From a virus (Duplodnaviria; Caudoviricetes): a stretch of 64,000 nt of DNA. Under the pieces are notes generated by a model. That model made no database searches. It saw only the letters and a list, made by a program, of their open reading frames with translations, and was not told the origin of the DNA. Shown one piece after another: positions 38,835-48,665 of this stretch. The translations under genes and the position numbers were made by a program. Position 1 is the first letter of the stretch. Every line of letters starts with the position of its first letter. The DNA lies in IMG/VR virus record IMGVR_UViG_3300029305_003510, positions 1 through 64,000 of that record, one strand, 5' to 3'.

Positions 38835-41159
38835 TTATCTGGAAATAGACCGATACAGTTCCCGCAACATGCGATCCGACGACTGCTGCTCGCGCTCCAA
38901 CATCGCATAGGTATACTGCTGGAAGTCTCCGCCATGTCCATCATAGGTGATATAACACATCTCATTCGCCTGATCAAGAATCACGAAACCGAGCAAGAAG
39001 CTGGCATCCATGATCATATTGACATGATCCTGGGTCATAATATCAATGCCATATTCATCCTTGATATACTGTACCTCATTCATAGTCAAAACGACAGACC
39101 CATTCGGAGTATATTCCTTCATGAGATAAGGTACAGACATTTTGGACCAACGCTTGCGTCTGCGGAATGCAGCACCCCACTGACGTGCACCACCAGTACG
39201 ACTGTTGAGCGCATCAACTTTCAGTTCCTTAAAACCGAAAAGCAGATCAGCGAGAGATTTCTCTTCGCCACTGATATACTTTACGAAGCGAAGGAACTTA
39301 CGTTTATTGATAATGCAATTATACAGATCATTGATCAGATCAATGGCGGGAACCTTGCGGATATGGACCTTGATACCAACAAGAACATCACGGGTCACTA
39401 CTTGTTCAGTCTCATCGACAATGAAACCGATTGATGCCTTTGTATAGGTAGGAATCGCTTCATTGGATTTCTTCATATCCATATCGGTGAAGATCTCTTT
39501 ATCGAAAGTCTTATGACCGGTATAGCCATTTCGCATTGCAGCACGACCAATATTGACACCGGATGCAGGTCTGCGAGAATCAAACGTAAGACCATCAGTA
39601 TCAATATCGCCACGAGGATCTTGAGGACCTTTATTTTGACGCTCATCACGAAGTTTATCTTCAAGATCTTTTATTTTCTTATCTCTGCGATCAATTTCTC
39701 TCTCATGACCCTTTTTCTCTTTCTCGTATCTCTTTTCTGTCATATAGAGTTGCGAATGATGCTGCTGCGTTTGTTTCTCCATACCTTTCTTGAGGTTTCT
39801 ATTTTCACGACTCTGCTTATTGTACTCTTCTGAATCTACGATTATGTAAGCAGGTTCATGTTTAGCCTCAGTAAGAATAAAAACATCACTATCAGGAGCA
39901 GACAGAGATTCATCAATAGCCGTGATGCAATGTTCGATTGTGTTCAGATCCATTTCGGACAGAACGGGAATGCCGCTTTCCTCGAGTTTCTTGTCAGCCG
40001 CAGGATCGGGCAATCCTTTGCGTTTTCTGAGTTCAGAACGTCGCTTATCAACCAGCTTCAAACGCTTATTGATAATCTTGATGTAAGCGCCATACTGTTT
40101 CATGAACGCTTTAGGGTTAGAGATTGTGGCCCCATTGAACCTGATAGACAGTTTCTTATTGGTGCCATTCTTCTCATTCTCTTTATACTTCTTTTTATAT
40201 CTGGTTAGATACTTTGCATATTTATGCTTCAACTTATTTAGCTTTGATTCAAGACTGTTAAGCTTAGTGAGACTGGAACAAGACAGGATCTTATTCTCGG
40301 AAACGGATTCCAGCGAGAACATGATCGAGTCAATGGCAGATTTGACATTACCTTCAGAGAGAAGACCATCAATTTCAGGATATTCATCTTCAAGATCGCC
40401 TTCTTCATCGCCAATATCAATACCAGTGACTCTCTTGATAATCTCTTCATCACTCATCAGTTCAAGATCATCATCGCCAGTATCGAGCATATCAGCAGTA
40501 GCCTCACCGAGGAAGCCCCATGTATCAAGTTCTCGCATGTTTTCGAGGTACTGCTCCTGCAGTGTCCGAGTTAATGGATCGATCGGATCAGCAGAGTACA
40601 TATCATTTAAAGAAATCGTTTCAGAGATGACGTTAATGTAATTCGAACAGTTCTTCTTGGACTTTTCCCAGCATTCCAACAGGAAATCCTGAAGCGCTGC
40701 CAGATCAGCATTCGTCGGCTCAGATGCAGATTCTTCAAGTGTACTTACGAGACCAAGCGCCTTATTCAACACAGGACCAGATCCAGCATTGATGCCCATA
40801 TTTTGGTGGAACTGGGACAGATAGGCTTCAATGGACGCCTGATCATCAGATCGGATGCGGTGGAACGGCATCAGACTAATACAGGTGACCACAAAGGTCG
40901 CATAAGACTTTTCCAGCACTCTACTGATCATACCCATTTCTTCGGGTGTTACCTGATCAGATGTTACTGTCGGAAAATAAAAAATTGAATTCGAGCTATA
41001 CGCCGAGATAGATCGGATATGATTCCGATTCAGATTGACGCTAAACTTTTGTTTGGTTCCTTTGCCCGAAACGTCTATGGATGACAACATCGAGAAAAGT
41101 TCAGTGATCATCAGCACATTTCTCCCTTCTTTGCAGATTTGTACATGTTGCCAAACCAC
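38835..41159 (-). CDS. Probable virion/head protein (start likely ~41111-41117)
   Basis: Long ORF with many L-x-E-[SAG] motifs; SD GAAGGGAG near 41125. Confidence 0.65.
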   Translation of the reverse strand: MVWQHVQICKEGRNVLMITELFSMLSSIDVSGKGTKQKFSVNLNRNHIRSISAYSSNSIFYFPTVTSDQVTPEEMGMISRVLEKSYATFVVTCISLMPFHRIRSDDQASIEAYLSQFHQNMGINAGSGPVLNKALGLVSTLEESASEPTNADLAALQDFLLECWEKSKKNCSNYINVISETISLNDMYSADPIDPLTRTLQEQYLENMRELDTWGFLGEATADMLDTGDDDLELMSDEEIIKRVTGIDIGDEEGDLEDEYPEIDGLLSEGNVKSAIDSIMFSLESVSENKILSCSSLTKLNSLESKLNKLKHKYAKYLTRYKKKYKENEKNGTNKKLSIRFNGATISNPKAFMKQYGAYIKIINKRLKLVDKRRSELRKRKGLPDPAADKKLEESGIPVLSEMDLNTIEHCITAIDESLSAPDSDVFILTEAKHEPAYIIVDSEEYNKQSRENRNLKKGMEKQTQQHHSQLYMTEKRYEKEKKGHEREIDRRDKKIKDLEDKLRDERQNKGPQDPRGDIDTDGLTFDSRRPASGVNIGRAAMRNGYTGHKTFDKEIFTDMDMKKSNEAIPTYTKASIGFIVDETEQVVTRDVLVGIKVHIRKVPAIDLINDLYNCIINKRKFLRFVKYISGEEKSLADLLFGFKELKVDALNSRTGGARQWGAAFRRRKRWSKMSVPYLMKEYTPNGSVVLTMNEVQYIKDEYGIDIMTQDHVNMIMDASFLLGFVILDQANEMCYITYDGHGGDFQQYTYAMLEREQQSSDRMLRELYRSISR

Positions 41160-41170
41160 AACTCGTACAT

Positions 41171-41184
41171 TTATAGTATTTGTT
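41171..41184 (-). promoter_or_regulatory. Putative late promoter AACA-N5-TATAA
   Basis: AACAAATACTATAA (spacer one base longer). Confidence 0.5.
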
Positions 41185-41208
41185 GAAGTAAATCAAAAAA
41201 GAACATAT

Positions 41209-41279
41209 AAACCCTCCCAAATGGGAGGGTTTTCTTATCAGTAAAAGAAAACGGGGCATTGAATCCCGTTTTCTTTTTT
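41209..41279 (-). terminator. Tandem terminator hairpins
   Basis: AAACCCTCCCA-AA-TGGGAGGGTTT and AAAAGAAAACGGG..CCCGTTTTCTTTT. Confidence 0.65.
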
Positions 41280-41286
41280 ATCTTAA

Positions 41287-41811
41287 TCAGTCTTCATCCC
41301 AGCGAGGCGCAATTCTGAATCCTCTACCAGGCTGAACTTCAAGATCTATACCTCCGAACTTTTTCTTCTTCGGCTTTGTATAATCGCGTTTCCCTCCCTG
41401 AATCCGATAGAACCTTGGATCCTTACCGATGGATAAACCAATACCATGATCAAATGGAGAATCATCATCATCTTCGTATATATAATCGTCTTCATCAAGA
41501 TCATCTTCAGAATCAAAATAGTCGTCATCTTCACTAAAATCTGATGCAGCTAATAATTCACCATGTAATGATGTGATCAAACGATCTGCAACACGAGCAG
41601 ATGCTTCCAAAGTATTGATCATTTCGGCAGCAACTTTTAGTTCATCTTCCAGCATCTTAATTTTCTTACTGGATTTCTTCTTCAAGGTTTCATATTGGGT
41701 TTTCCAATATTCAACTTCATTGGGCTCGCTCTTCGAAACAGTATAAACTGTTTTTGTATCTTCACGTGGAATAAGTTGCATGAAATTATCATGCTTCTTT
41801 GATTTGCTCAT
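41287..41811 (-). CDS. Hypothetical coiled-coil/acidic protein
   Basis: SD AGGAGG; early-type TACATATTAT at 41926-41935 upstream. Confidence 0.7.
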   Translation of the reverse strand: MSKSKKHDNFMQLIPREDTKTVYTVSKSEPNEVEYWKTQYETLKKKSSKKIKMLEDELKVAAEMINTLEASARVADRLITSLHGELLAASDFSEDDDYFDSEDDLDEDDYIYEDDDDSPFDHGIGLSIGKDPRFYRIQGGKRDYTKPKKKKFGGIDLEVQPGRGFRIAPRWDED

Positions 41812-41941
41812 TGCGTACTCCTCCTAATTAGTTGCACCGATATTTTGATCTCGTTCTCTTTCGCATACATAGGTGCAAACGGGCAACTATTAGTAAAAGT
41901 TTTACAACTCCTTTCCACTACAAGTATAATATGTACGTGCT

Positions 41942-42505
41942 TTAAGAGTTGCCCAATTTGCTTGATACTGCTTTTTGCGCGCCCTGATATTTGCCAGTAT
42001 ACAAAGTATCGATCTTACCATGCGGAGTTAAGAAATACACTTGCGCAATAGAAAGATTCGGATAAATCTTAGTGGGGTATGTGACCTTAATCTGTAGAGT
42101 CCATACACCACCAAAACCAATATCTCCAAAACCTGCTTCCTGATGAACCGCGATTCCGAGACGACCGATAGAAGACCGACCGGTAATAATCGGTTCAAAA
42201 TAATCAGTCTTCACGACTTCTTTAGTAGGAACAAGATATAGCATCCCAGGTCGGAGAATAAAACCTTCTTCAGGATCAATCTGAAAAGTCTCCGTATCTT
42301 GGAAGGTTGACTTATCTTTTAAGTCAATCAATGTAAGATTCCGATATACAGTAACAGTATCACCACACCGAAGATTATAACTGTTGGGATTCAAATAAAC
42401 GGGGTCGTAATCAGAAATAAAAATTCGACCAGCTCGAATTTGCTTAGCAATCTCACTCCCGGTTAAAACGCCGCCGGAGAAGTTTACTCTATCTAATAAA
42501 CCCAT
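41942..42505 (-). CDS. dcd: dCTP deaminase
   Basis: LTGSEI, NPNSYNLR, GRSSIGRLGI, AGFGDIGFGGVWTLQI, IAQVYF and KYQG. Confidence 0.88.
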   Translation of the reverse strand: MGLLDRVNFSGGVLTGSEIAKQIRAGRIFISDYDPVYLNPNSYNLRCGDTVTVYRNLTLIDLKDKSTFQDTETFQIDPEEGFILRPGMLYLVPTKEVVKTDYFEPIITGRSSIGRLGIAVHQEAGFGDIGFGGVWTLQIKVTYPTKIYPNLSIAQVYFLTPHGKIDTLYTGKYQGAQKAVSSKLGNS

Positions 42506-42590
42506 AGAGATATCACCATACCTTTCTTATATAACTGTAAGCAATCGAATCAGTAAAGAATTGCTATAAATGTCTTATTTGATAGGCTCG

Positions 42591-42603
42591 AACATCGATA
42601 TAA
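42591..42603 (+). promoter_or_regulatory. Putative late promoter AACA-N4-TATAA
   Basis: AACATCGATATAA upstream of the baseplate operon; divergent variant TACAGTTATATAA at 42527-42539 (-). Confidence 0.65.
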
Positions 42604-42658
42604 ATTGGATTAACATATAAATCCATGTTTCCTGTCAGAGAAGAGGTGAAATATCAAA

Positions 42659-43981
42659 TTGGCTATTACAGACAAAAGCGATCTGACAAGATTGATCGGA
42701 ACAGCGGCACGCGCTGTATCATCATCTACAGACATTGTAGAGAATCCCAATTCGAATGAAGAAACTCTTATAGAAGCAAAACGAGAACAAGTTTCTGTAA
42801 ATAGTAAAGCACGTTCCATTTATAATACCAAAGCAAATGAGCGAGCAACTATCAATAGAACAATTCCCAAATTGCTTTCTGGTCTCGGTACGAGTGCTGC
42901 TGAAAAAACTCCAGACTTTGACACTTTGGCAAAACAGTATAAAATTCAATACGGACAATCTTATGCGGATTTCACTGATCTGATTGACCATTTCAATCTT
43001 TCACGTCTTCCAAGTTATGAGTCCGTACCGATGCCCTTTATTGGGCATATTATTATGACCCGCCCAAGTCTCTATGTACAACCTTCTACTTCTACATCGT
43101 CTTATAGTGAGTCCAACAGTATTGCTGAAGCACCGAATATGATAAAAAACTTCAACGCATTGAAGAATCATCCAAAGACTTCAGCATTTGTGAATGATGC
43201 ATATGGCCAAAAATTATTGAAGATGCTGAGTGAAAGCAGCAATAGTTATTACATGCCAGTATTCACAACTCGTGCTGCTAGCTATAGCGTAAATGATGTA
43301 CAGTTAAAGACAGTTGAAAAAGGTCAAACATACTATGGTCATACCATTAAATATGCTCACTATAATGAAGAGCATAAGTTTGGTGGATCTATTTCCATCG
43401 ACTTCCGCAATGATTATTATTACAGTATACTGAAGACTGTGTATATTTGGATGGCATATATCGATATCGTATCTCGTGGTGAAATTGTAAAACCGTCCTA
43501 TATTAGCCAAATGAATGGTATTCTGGATTATTGCGGATCAATATATTATCTTGTAACAGATATGAGCATGAGTAAATTGCAGTATTGGGAAAAGCTGACA
43601 GGAGTATTCCCTAGGTCTGCACCCTTCTCTATCTTCAGTTACAATGATATGCCTGGTGTAGAAGATAAGATTTCTATCGAATTTGATTATGGTATGAAAT
43701 CAGATCCTTGTGACCCGAATGTCCTATTTGATCTCAATATGCTTTCCGCCAACTCGTATACACAGGCAGCAAACTTCATGCGATACGGACCCGCGTATCT
43801 GAATCAGCAAAAGACTATCAATTATGCAGATGTAAATCGAAAGTCTGATTGGTCTAAAGCCGTTCGTGCAGATAACTTCAAGGGACCTTTCGGACTTGGT
43901 GATGCTTTTGCTGCAAAACCAATCATTCAAGCAGTGAAGAATGGTAGCACTTTGAACTACTATCTACACTGGCTGCGTTAA
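42659..43981 (+). CDS. Tail tube-like / baseplate tube initiator protein
   Basis: ISIDF..IWMAYI..LDYCGSIYY..LTGVFP resembles the T4 gp19/gp54 fold; adjacent to the baseplate wedge. Confidence 0.55.
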   Translation: MAITDKSDLTRLIGTAARAVSSSTDIVENPNSNEETLIEAKREQVSVNSKARSIYNTKANERATINRTIPKLLSGLGTSAAEKTPDFDTLAKQYKIQYGQSYADFTDLIDHFNLSRLPSYESVPMPFIGHIIMTRPSLYVQPSTSTSSYSESNSIAEAPNMIKNFNALKNHPKTSAFVNDAYGQKLLKMLSESSNSYYMPVFTTRAASYSVNDVQLKTVEKGQTYYGHTIKYAHYNEEHKFGGSISIDFRNDYYYSILKTVYIWMAYIDIVSRGEIVKPSYISQMNGILDYCGSIYYLVTDMSMSKLQYWEKLTGVFPRSAPFSIFSYNDMPGVEDKISIEFDYGMKSDPCDPNVLFDLNMLSANSYTQAANFMRYGPAYLNQQKTINYADVNRKSDWSKAVRADNFKGPFGLGDAFAAKPIIQAVKNGSTLNYYLHWLR

Positions 43982-44010
43982 TTTTATAAACAGGAGGTGA
44001 AATGTAGTTC

Positions 44011-46659
44011 ATGGCTGACAACACAACTGTCCGTAAATTAATAAATCGTGTTGACATTCTAAAGGATTTAACCGAGAATGTAACTCCGATCTATTATCCT
44101 AAGGAATCTTTGGATAAGAATCGTACAGGCTTGTATGGTATGCTGATGGAAGCAATGGCAAATTCCATTGAAGATACTGTGACGCTTGAGCAACGTCGCG
44201 CATCAGATTATTGTCCAGAGCTTTCTACAAGCGAAATCCATGTCAACCAGACTGCAAAGATTCGAGGTGTTGGCATCAATCGGGCAACGCCTGGTAAATG
44301 TTATGCATTACTTGGTGTTCTGAAAAGTGATATTCTTGCTAAGGGCACAACTTATGGTAATGAGATTCGCTTTATCATCGATAGACGCTCTACGATCTTG
44401 TATGGTGGTATTAATTTTTCTCTTGAAGATGATATCATCATCAGAGCAGTAAAACGTGGATCCAGTTATCTGTATACAGCAAACTATACAGGTGAACATT
44501 CTACATATGAATCTTATATTCAAATGTACGAATATGTTAATACACATGGTGAAGAGCTTGTTGCAATGATCTGTCAGATCTATCAGTGTAAATATAACAT
44601 CAGCGACAAGCACGTTACTGATGACATCGAATTTCTTTATGATGGACTGTATTTCGATTATGATAATCGACTGGCAGATTTTGAGGTATACTTCAAACGC
44701 TCTACGAATGATCCTTATACAAAAGTAGAAATGGATCACTATCTCACAATGGCTACTAACTCCAAGTGTCTTTATTATAATGATGACGAAGCTAATCTTC
44801 TTCGCATTATGAATAATCCTGCGCTGAATATTGGTATTAATGCTACGATTCGCGTAGAGATCAAAGAGACTCTTGGTGAAGATGGTCATGTGACGCTGGA
44901 TAATACCACTTCCGCATCTTTCGCTATGTATCAGGATGCCGCATATAACTACAGTGGTGTGCATGTGTTCATTACTATGCTTACAGACACTGTCGCGGCT
45001 GACAATGGAGATACCCTGACAGATGTCAAAAAGAGATTGATCGATGAGAAAACTCGTCGAGATAATATTACCACTGAGCACGATATCATCACATACATTA
45101 ATGATATTGATGCTAACGTACAGCTTGTTAAGAAGCGTAACGATATTCAGGATCGTAACTATTTCATGTACGTTTTGATGCGTTACGGTGACAGGAAGCT
45201 TGCTCCTGCAACTACAAAGAGATTAAATCTTACAGGTGTGCGCACTGTACAGGATTTTGGAGACTTTGACATCTATAACAGTACAGTAGATCGTAAGATT
45301 ATTCATGCTTACAACAAGTTCAAACTACATGTGGTAGACGGTGAGCCTGATCAGGACTATGTCACAAAATGTCCGATCAATGAGAATGAACCTAATACGT
45401 ACTATTTAACTTGTCCGTATATGATTCTCATCAATGATCTAAATATCGCGTCCTACTACTTCACCAGTGTGGATGAGTCTGTTGTATTAAGCATGAAGAT
45501 CGCAAACAATCTTTTCCCCTTCCAGATGATCAGTAGATCTGTAGATGTATTCCGTGATGCACATAATCCTGATACACATGACATCTATAGATTTACAATT
45601 AAAGGATCACTAAATACCGAAAATGACTCTCTGTTGGTTGATGATGAAGGAAACATTATTGATAGAGAGGCAGTCATATGTCATCTCTTCTTCCCACTGG
45701 AAGGTAGTCCTATCGCATATTTACCTATGACGATCGATAGCTATAATCAACAAACCCGTGAATTCACTTTCACTGGCACAATTCGCACCAATGACTATAT
45801 TACCGAAGTTGATAAGCTTGAGATTATAGAAGGTCTTTATGCAATTGGGTCTGATAAAAGATACAACTCAGTTATCGATTTCAAAGACGCATCTTTCCAA
45901 GTAAGTTTCATGTTTAAACAGGATGATCCTGATGGTATCTATATGAGGGATGATAGTGTCTATACGATGCTTCCAAGCTCTTATACCGACGGGTACGTTC
46001 TGATGAATTCTTACTACAATAATCCGAATAATCTTTACAATCTCATTTTGGAATTCAGCAAGTTCAGTAGATCTCCTACAATCGTCTCTAAAGTGAGCGA
46101 TACGAACTATGATTATTCGGTTGGATCTGTCCCATTCTTTGAGTTTGAATTCGGTAAGACTCACACCGCGGAGCTATTTGATACGTTCAAACATATGACA
46201 ATTGTGTACGGCTCTCTGTTAAAATTGACTACCGATTTCGAGATCGCATTGAAGTTTATCGCAACATATGGACCGTCGAAATATATCACCGTAACTGGTG
46301 GGAGGATGGAAGATGGTGGTGAAGTTACTGCATATCTGAATAATCTCACGCCTACGATTTATTTCAAGGTCTATGGTCTCGGCGCTCCCGTAGATGAGAT
46401 TCGACAATTCATCTATGAATATCTACGTGACACCTACATTGTAGATACACAGGTGTTCATGTCGAATGTATGTACTATGGTAGAGAGTAAGTTCTCCTCT
46501 GTGCGATCAATCAAGTATATGGGAATCGATAATTTCAACGGCTCTTATCAGGAATTCACATATCTAAAACCTGCATTTGTTAGCCGTGATATCGTTACTC
46601 GATATATCCCTGAACAACTTAATGTGACTAACATCCAGATTGAACTGGATGAAACTTAA
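44011..46659 (+). CDS. Baseplate wedge protein (T4 gp6-like)
   Basis: ETLGEDG and RRDNITTEHDIITY (RAVT..DY-like); 882 aa. Confidence 0.65.
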   Translation: MADNTTVRKLINRVDILKDLTENVTPIYYPKESLDKNRTGLYGMLMEAMANSIEDTVTLEQRRASDYCPELSTSEIHVNQTAKIRGVGINRATPGKCYALLGVLKSDILAKGTTYGNEIRFIIDRRSTILYGGINFSLEDDIIIRAVKRGSSYLYTANYTGEHSTYESYIQMYEYVNTHGEELVAMICQIYQCKYNISDKHVTDDIEFLYDGLYFDYDNRLADFEVYFKRSTNDPYTKVEMDHYLTMATNSKCLYYNDDEANLLRIMNNPALNIGINATIRVEIKETLGEDGHVTLDNTTSASFAMYQDAAYNYSGVHVFITMLTDTVAADNGDTLTDVKKRLIDEKTRRDNITTEHDIITYINDIDANVQLVKKRNDIQDRNYFMYVLMRYGDRKLAPATTKRLNLTGVRTVQDFGDFDIYNSTVDRKIIHAYNKFKLHVVDGEPDQDYVTKCPINENEPNTYYLTCPYMILINDLNIASYYFTSVDESVVLSMKIANNLFPFQMISRSVDVFRDAHNPDTHDIYRFTIKGSLNTENDSLLVDDEGNIIDREAVICHLFFPLEGSPIAYLPMTIDSYNQQTREFTFTGTIRTNDYITEVDKLEIIEGLYAIGSDKRYNSVIDFKDASFQVSFMFKQDDPDGIYMRDDSVYTMLPSSYTDGYVLMNSYYNNPNNLYNLILEFSKFSRSPTIVSKVSDTNYDYSVGSVPFFEFEFGKTHTAELFDTFKHMTIVYGSLLKLTTDFEIALKFIATYGPSKYITVTGGRMEDGGEVTAYLNNLTPTIYFKVYGLGAPVDEIRQFIYEYLRDTYIVDTQVFMSNVCTMVESKFSSVRSIKYMGIDNFNGSYQEFTYLKPAFVSRDIVTRYIPEQLNVTNIQIELDET

Positions 46660-46683
46660 AAGTCAAGGAGGCAATGATAAGTC

Positions 46684-47481
46684 ATGAGAAAGATTTCTTA
46701 CCCTGAATACAAGAGACGTGTATTCAATGAAGCTCTTCTGGAATGTTTCTGTCAGATTCATGGACAGGTTCTGAATGGCGACTGCGCTGAAGATCAAATG
46801 TGTGATGAGCGTTTGGCTGGTATGGCTAAACGTCTCTGCCACACTTTCTTCGAGGATGAGTTGAAGCTGAAGACTTCTACCATCAGCCAGACCAAGGCCC
46901 GTATCTCTGAAGCGGCTGAGTTCATCAAGGACTGTGCCGATACTGCTGAAGAGATCGCTGAGAAAAAGGCTGATCTGGCCGAAGAGGAGAAGATCGAGGT
47001 TACCGATGAGGATAATATCGAACTGTCTCCTGAAGAGGAAGGTGTTATTGCTCAGCTGTTCGATAGTAAAGCTCCTACCCCTCAGGTTAACGCTATCCGC
47101 GATGCTACTGTGAAGGCTCTGCTTGCTGAGGATCGTAAGGCCGAAGAGATCCGTCAGTCTATTGATATTGCACAATCCAAGGTTGCGGCTGGTGCTGCAC
47201 CTGAGACTCTGGAAGAGACTGTGAATCGTCTGAATAAGATTGGTCCTACTTCTCTGATGAATGCGATCATGAACAATGTATCCGCTGCAGCTATCAAGGA
47301 TATTAATGAGAGTGGTAGATTCAGTTCTGTCGGTAAAGCTCTCTCTGAGAATGCTGATGAGATCAAAAGTCGTGCAGTTGCTATTTACGCACTGTATGAG
47401 ACCTCCAGTGTTCTGGGTATTCATAAATATACCAGCGCTGAAGTGAAGAAGCTGGCTCTGGATATTTTCTATGAAAAGTAA
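46684..47481 (+). CDS. Probable virion protein
   Basis: SD AAGGAGG; biased codons; late operon. Confidence 0.65.
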   Translation: MRKISYPEYKRRVFNEALLECFCQIHGQVLNGDCAEDQMCDERLAGMAKRLCHTFFEDELKLKTSTISQTKARISEAAEFIKDCADTAEEIAEKKADLAEEEKIEVTDEDNIELSPEEEGVIAQLFDSKAPTPQVNAIRDATVKALLAEDRKAEEIRQSIDIAQSKVAAGAAPETLEETVNRLNKIGPTSLMNAIMNNVSAAAIKDINESGRFSSVGKALSENADEIKSRAVAIYALYETSSVLGIHKYTSAEVKKLALDIFYEK

Positions 47482-47483
47482 AA

Positions 47484-47519
47484 ACAAGGAACCCCGAGGT
47501 TATTCCTCGGGGTTCTTGT
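47484..47519. terminator. Bidirectional terminator
   Basis: ACAAGGAACCCCGAGG-TTATT-CCTCGGGGTTCTTGT. Confidence 0.7.
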
Positions 47520-48027
47520 AATTTACATTCTCAGAAATCAGTTTCTTAGGAGTCGTATCAGCAGGGTCATAATATCTCAACTGGCCTGCCATCTTAGCGA
47601 TACTCCATGCTTCATATCGATCAACAAATCTTCCAGATGTTGTCAGGAATCCTTGTTCCTCTCGATCCATATCACGATCAGTTTTATACAATTCCATGTT
47701 TGCGAAAGATTCGATACATTGACCATGGTTGCCGCCTATTACGTACTTGGCAGTATCTTCGCCTTTGATGTAATATTTGATAGCAGCGCACATAATGTAT
47801 TCAGGTTCAACGATCTTTGTGAATCTCTTCATCTGATAACCATCTCGCTCCACCACTTCATTCCACATATTAGCAGGACGAACATAGATAGGTTTATCGC
47901 CATATAAAGCCTGATAGACAACCATATCTTCCATAGTCTCACTATGCTTTGCAATAGCGATGACCTTATAAAGATTACCTTTAAAATGTCGGTATTTACT
48001 ACCGATACTGATTTCATTAAAAGTCAT
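47500..48027 (-). CDS. DUF1653-domain protein fused to a phage GFLT..GRFVDR domain
   Basis: YRHFKGNLYKV..HSET..VVYQALY..YVRP; QGFLTTSGRFVDRYEAW. Confidence 0.8.
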   Translation of the reverse strand: MTFNEISIGSKYRHFKGNLYKVIAIAKHSETMEDMVVYQALYGDKPIYVRPANMWNEVVERDGYQMKRFTKIVEPEYIMCAAIKYYIKGEDTAKYVIGGNHGQCIESFANMELYKTDRDMDREEQGFLTTSGRFVDRYEAWSIAKMAGQLRYYDPADTTPKKLISENVNYKNPEE

Positions 48028-48060
48028 ATTAAAATCCCTCTTTCGGGTTTATTGTATTTA

Positions 48061-48147
48061 TGGTGGAGGATAAGGAACTCGAATCCTTATGAAATTACTT
48101 TCACTAGACCCTGAATCTAGCGCGTCTGCCAATTCCGCCAATCCTCC
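48061..48147 (-). tRNA. tRNA-Leu(CAG)
   Basis: Acceptor GGAGGAT/ATCCTCC-A-CCA; D arm GGCGGAATTGGCAGACGC; anticodon arm CTAGA-TTCAGGG-TCTAG; long variable arm; TTCGA T-loop. Confidence 0.92.
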
Positions 48148-48275
48148 ACATTTAATATATGTGTACTACTCAAGCCTTCTTCCAACAAGTAGTACGTGCA
48201 TCAGTCCGATCCGTATTTACAGCCCGGTCTAGGCTTTTCAGTCATAAGACTACTTAGCATGCCGATGCGTCCCTG

Positions 48276-48381
48276 TGCATAAAGTGGGATTCGAACCCAC
48301 GGGCCCGGAGGTATAGGATCTATAGGCATCCACCTATCAGGCTCTAGCCAAGTCAACATTAAACCACTCTGTCATTTATAC
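48276..48381 (-). ncRNA. tRNA-like RNA (106 nt) with non-canonical anticodon/variable region
   Basis: Acceptor GTATAAA/TTTATGC; D arm ACAGAGTGGTTTAATGT; perfect T arm GTGGG-TTCGAAT-CCCAC; enlarged middle section. Confidence 0.6.
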
Positions 48382-48402
48382 ATATTTAAAAGAATTCACC
48401 GT

Positions 48403-48663
48403 GTGCCTGTTTACCTATATTTCTGTCACCCAGTGCCGGCGACGTACTTTATAGCCAGGCTTCAGCAATACAGGGCACTACTCCCGTAAAGCCCAGGGGC
48501 ACGGCTACTCTACTCCCTGAAGATCGACTAGCTTTATCTCACGATCAAAGTGATCCCGCCCAGCTACCCATTCACCGTAGGATCTTAAAGCTGCGCCTCC
48601 CATTAGGTGCGACCTAAATATACCGGATTTCACTCCGATACCCTTACAGCAGGAAAGAGGCAT
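48403..48663 (-). ncRNA. Candidate large structured ncRNA (~260 nt)
   Basis: Terminal TGCCT/AGGCA stem, several internal hairpins, GC-rich, no ORF. Confidence 0.45.
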
Positions 48664-48665
48664 AT

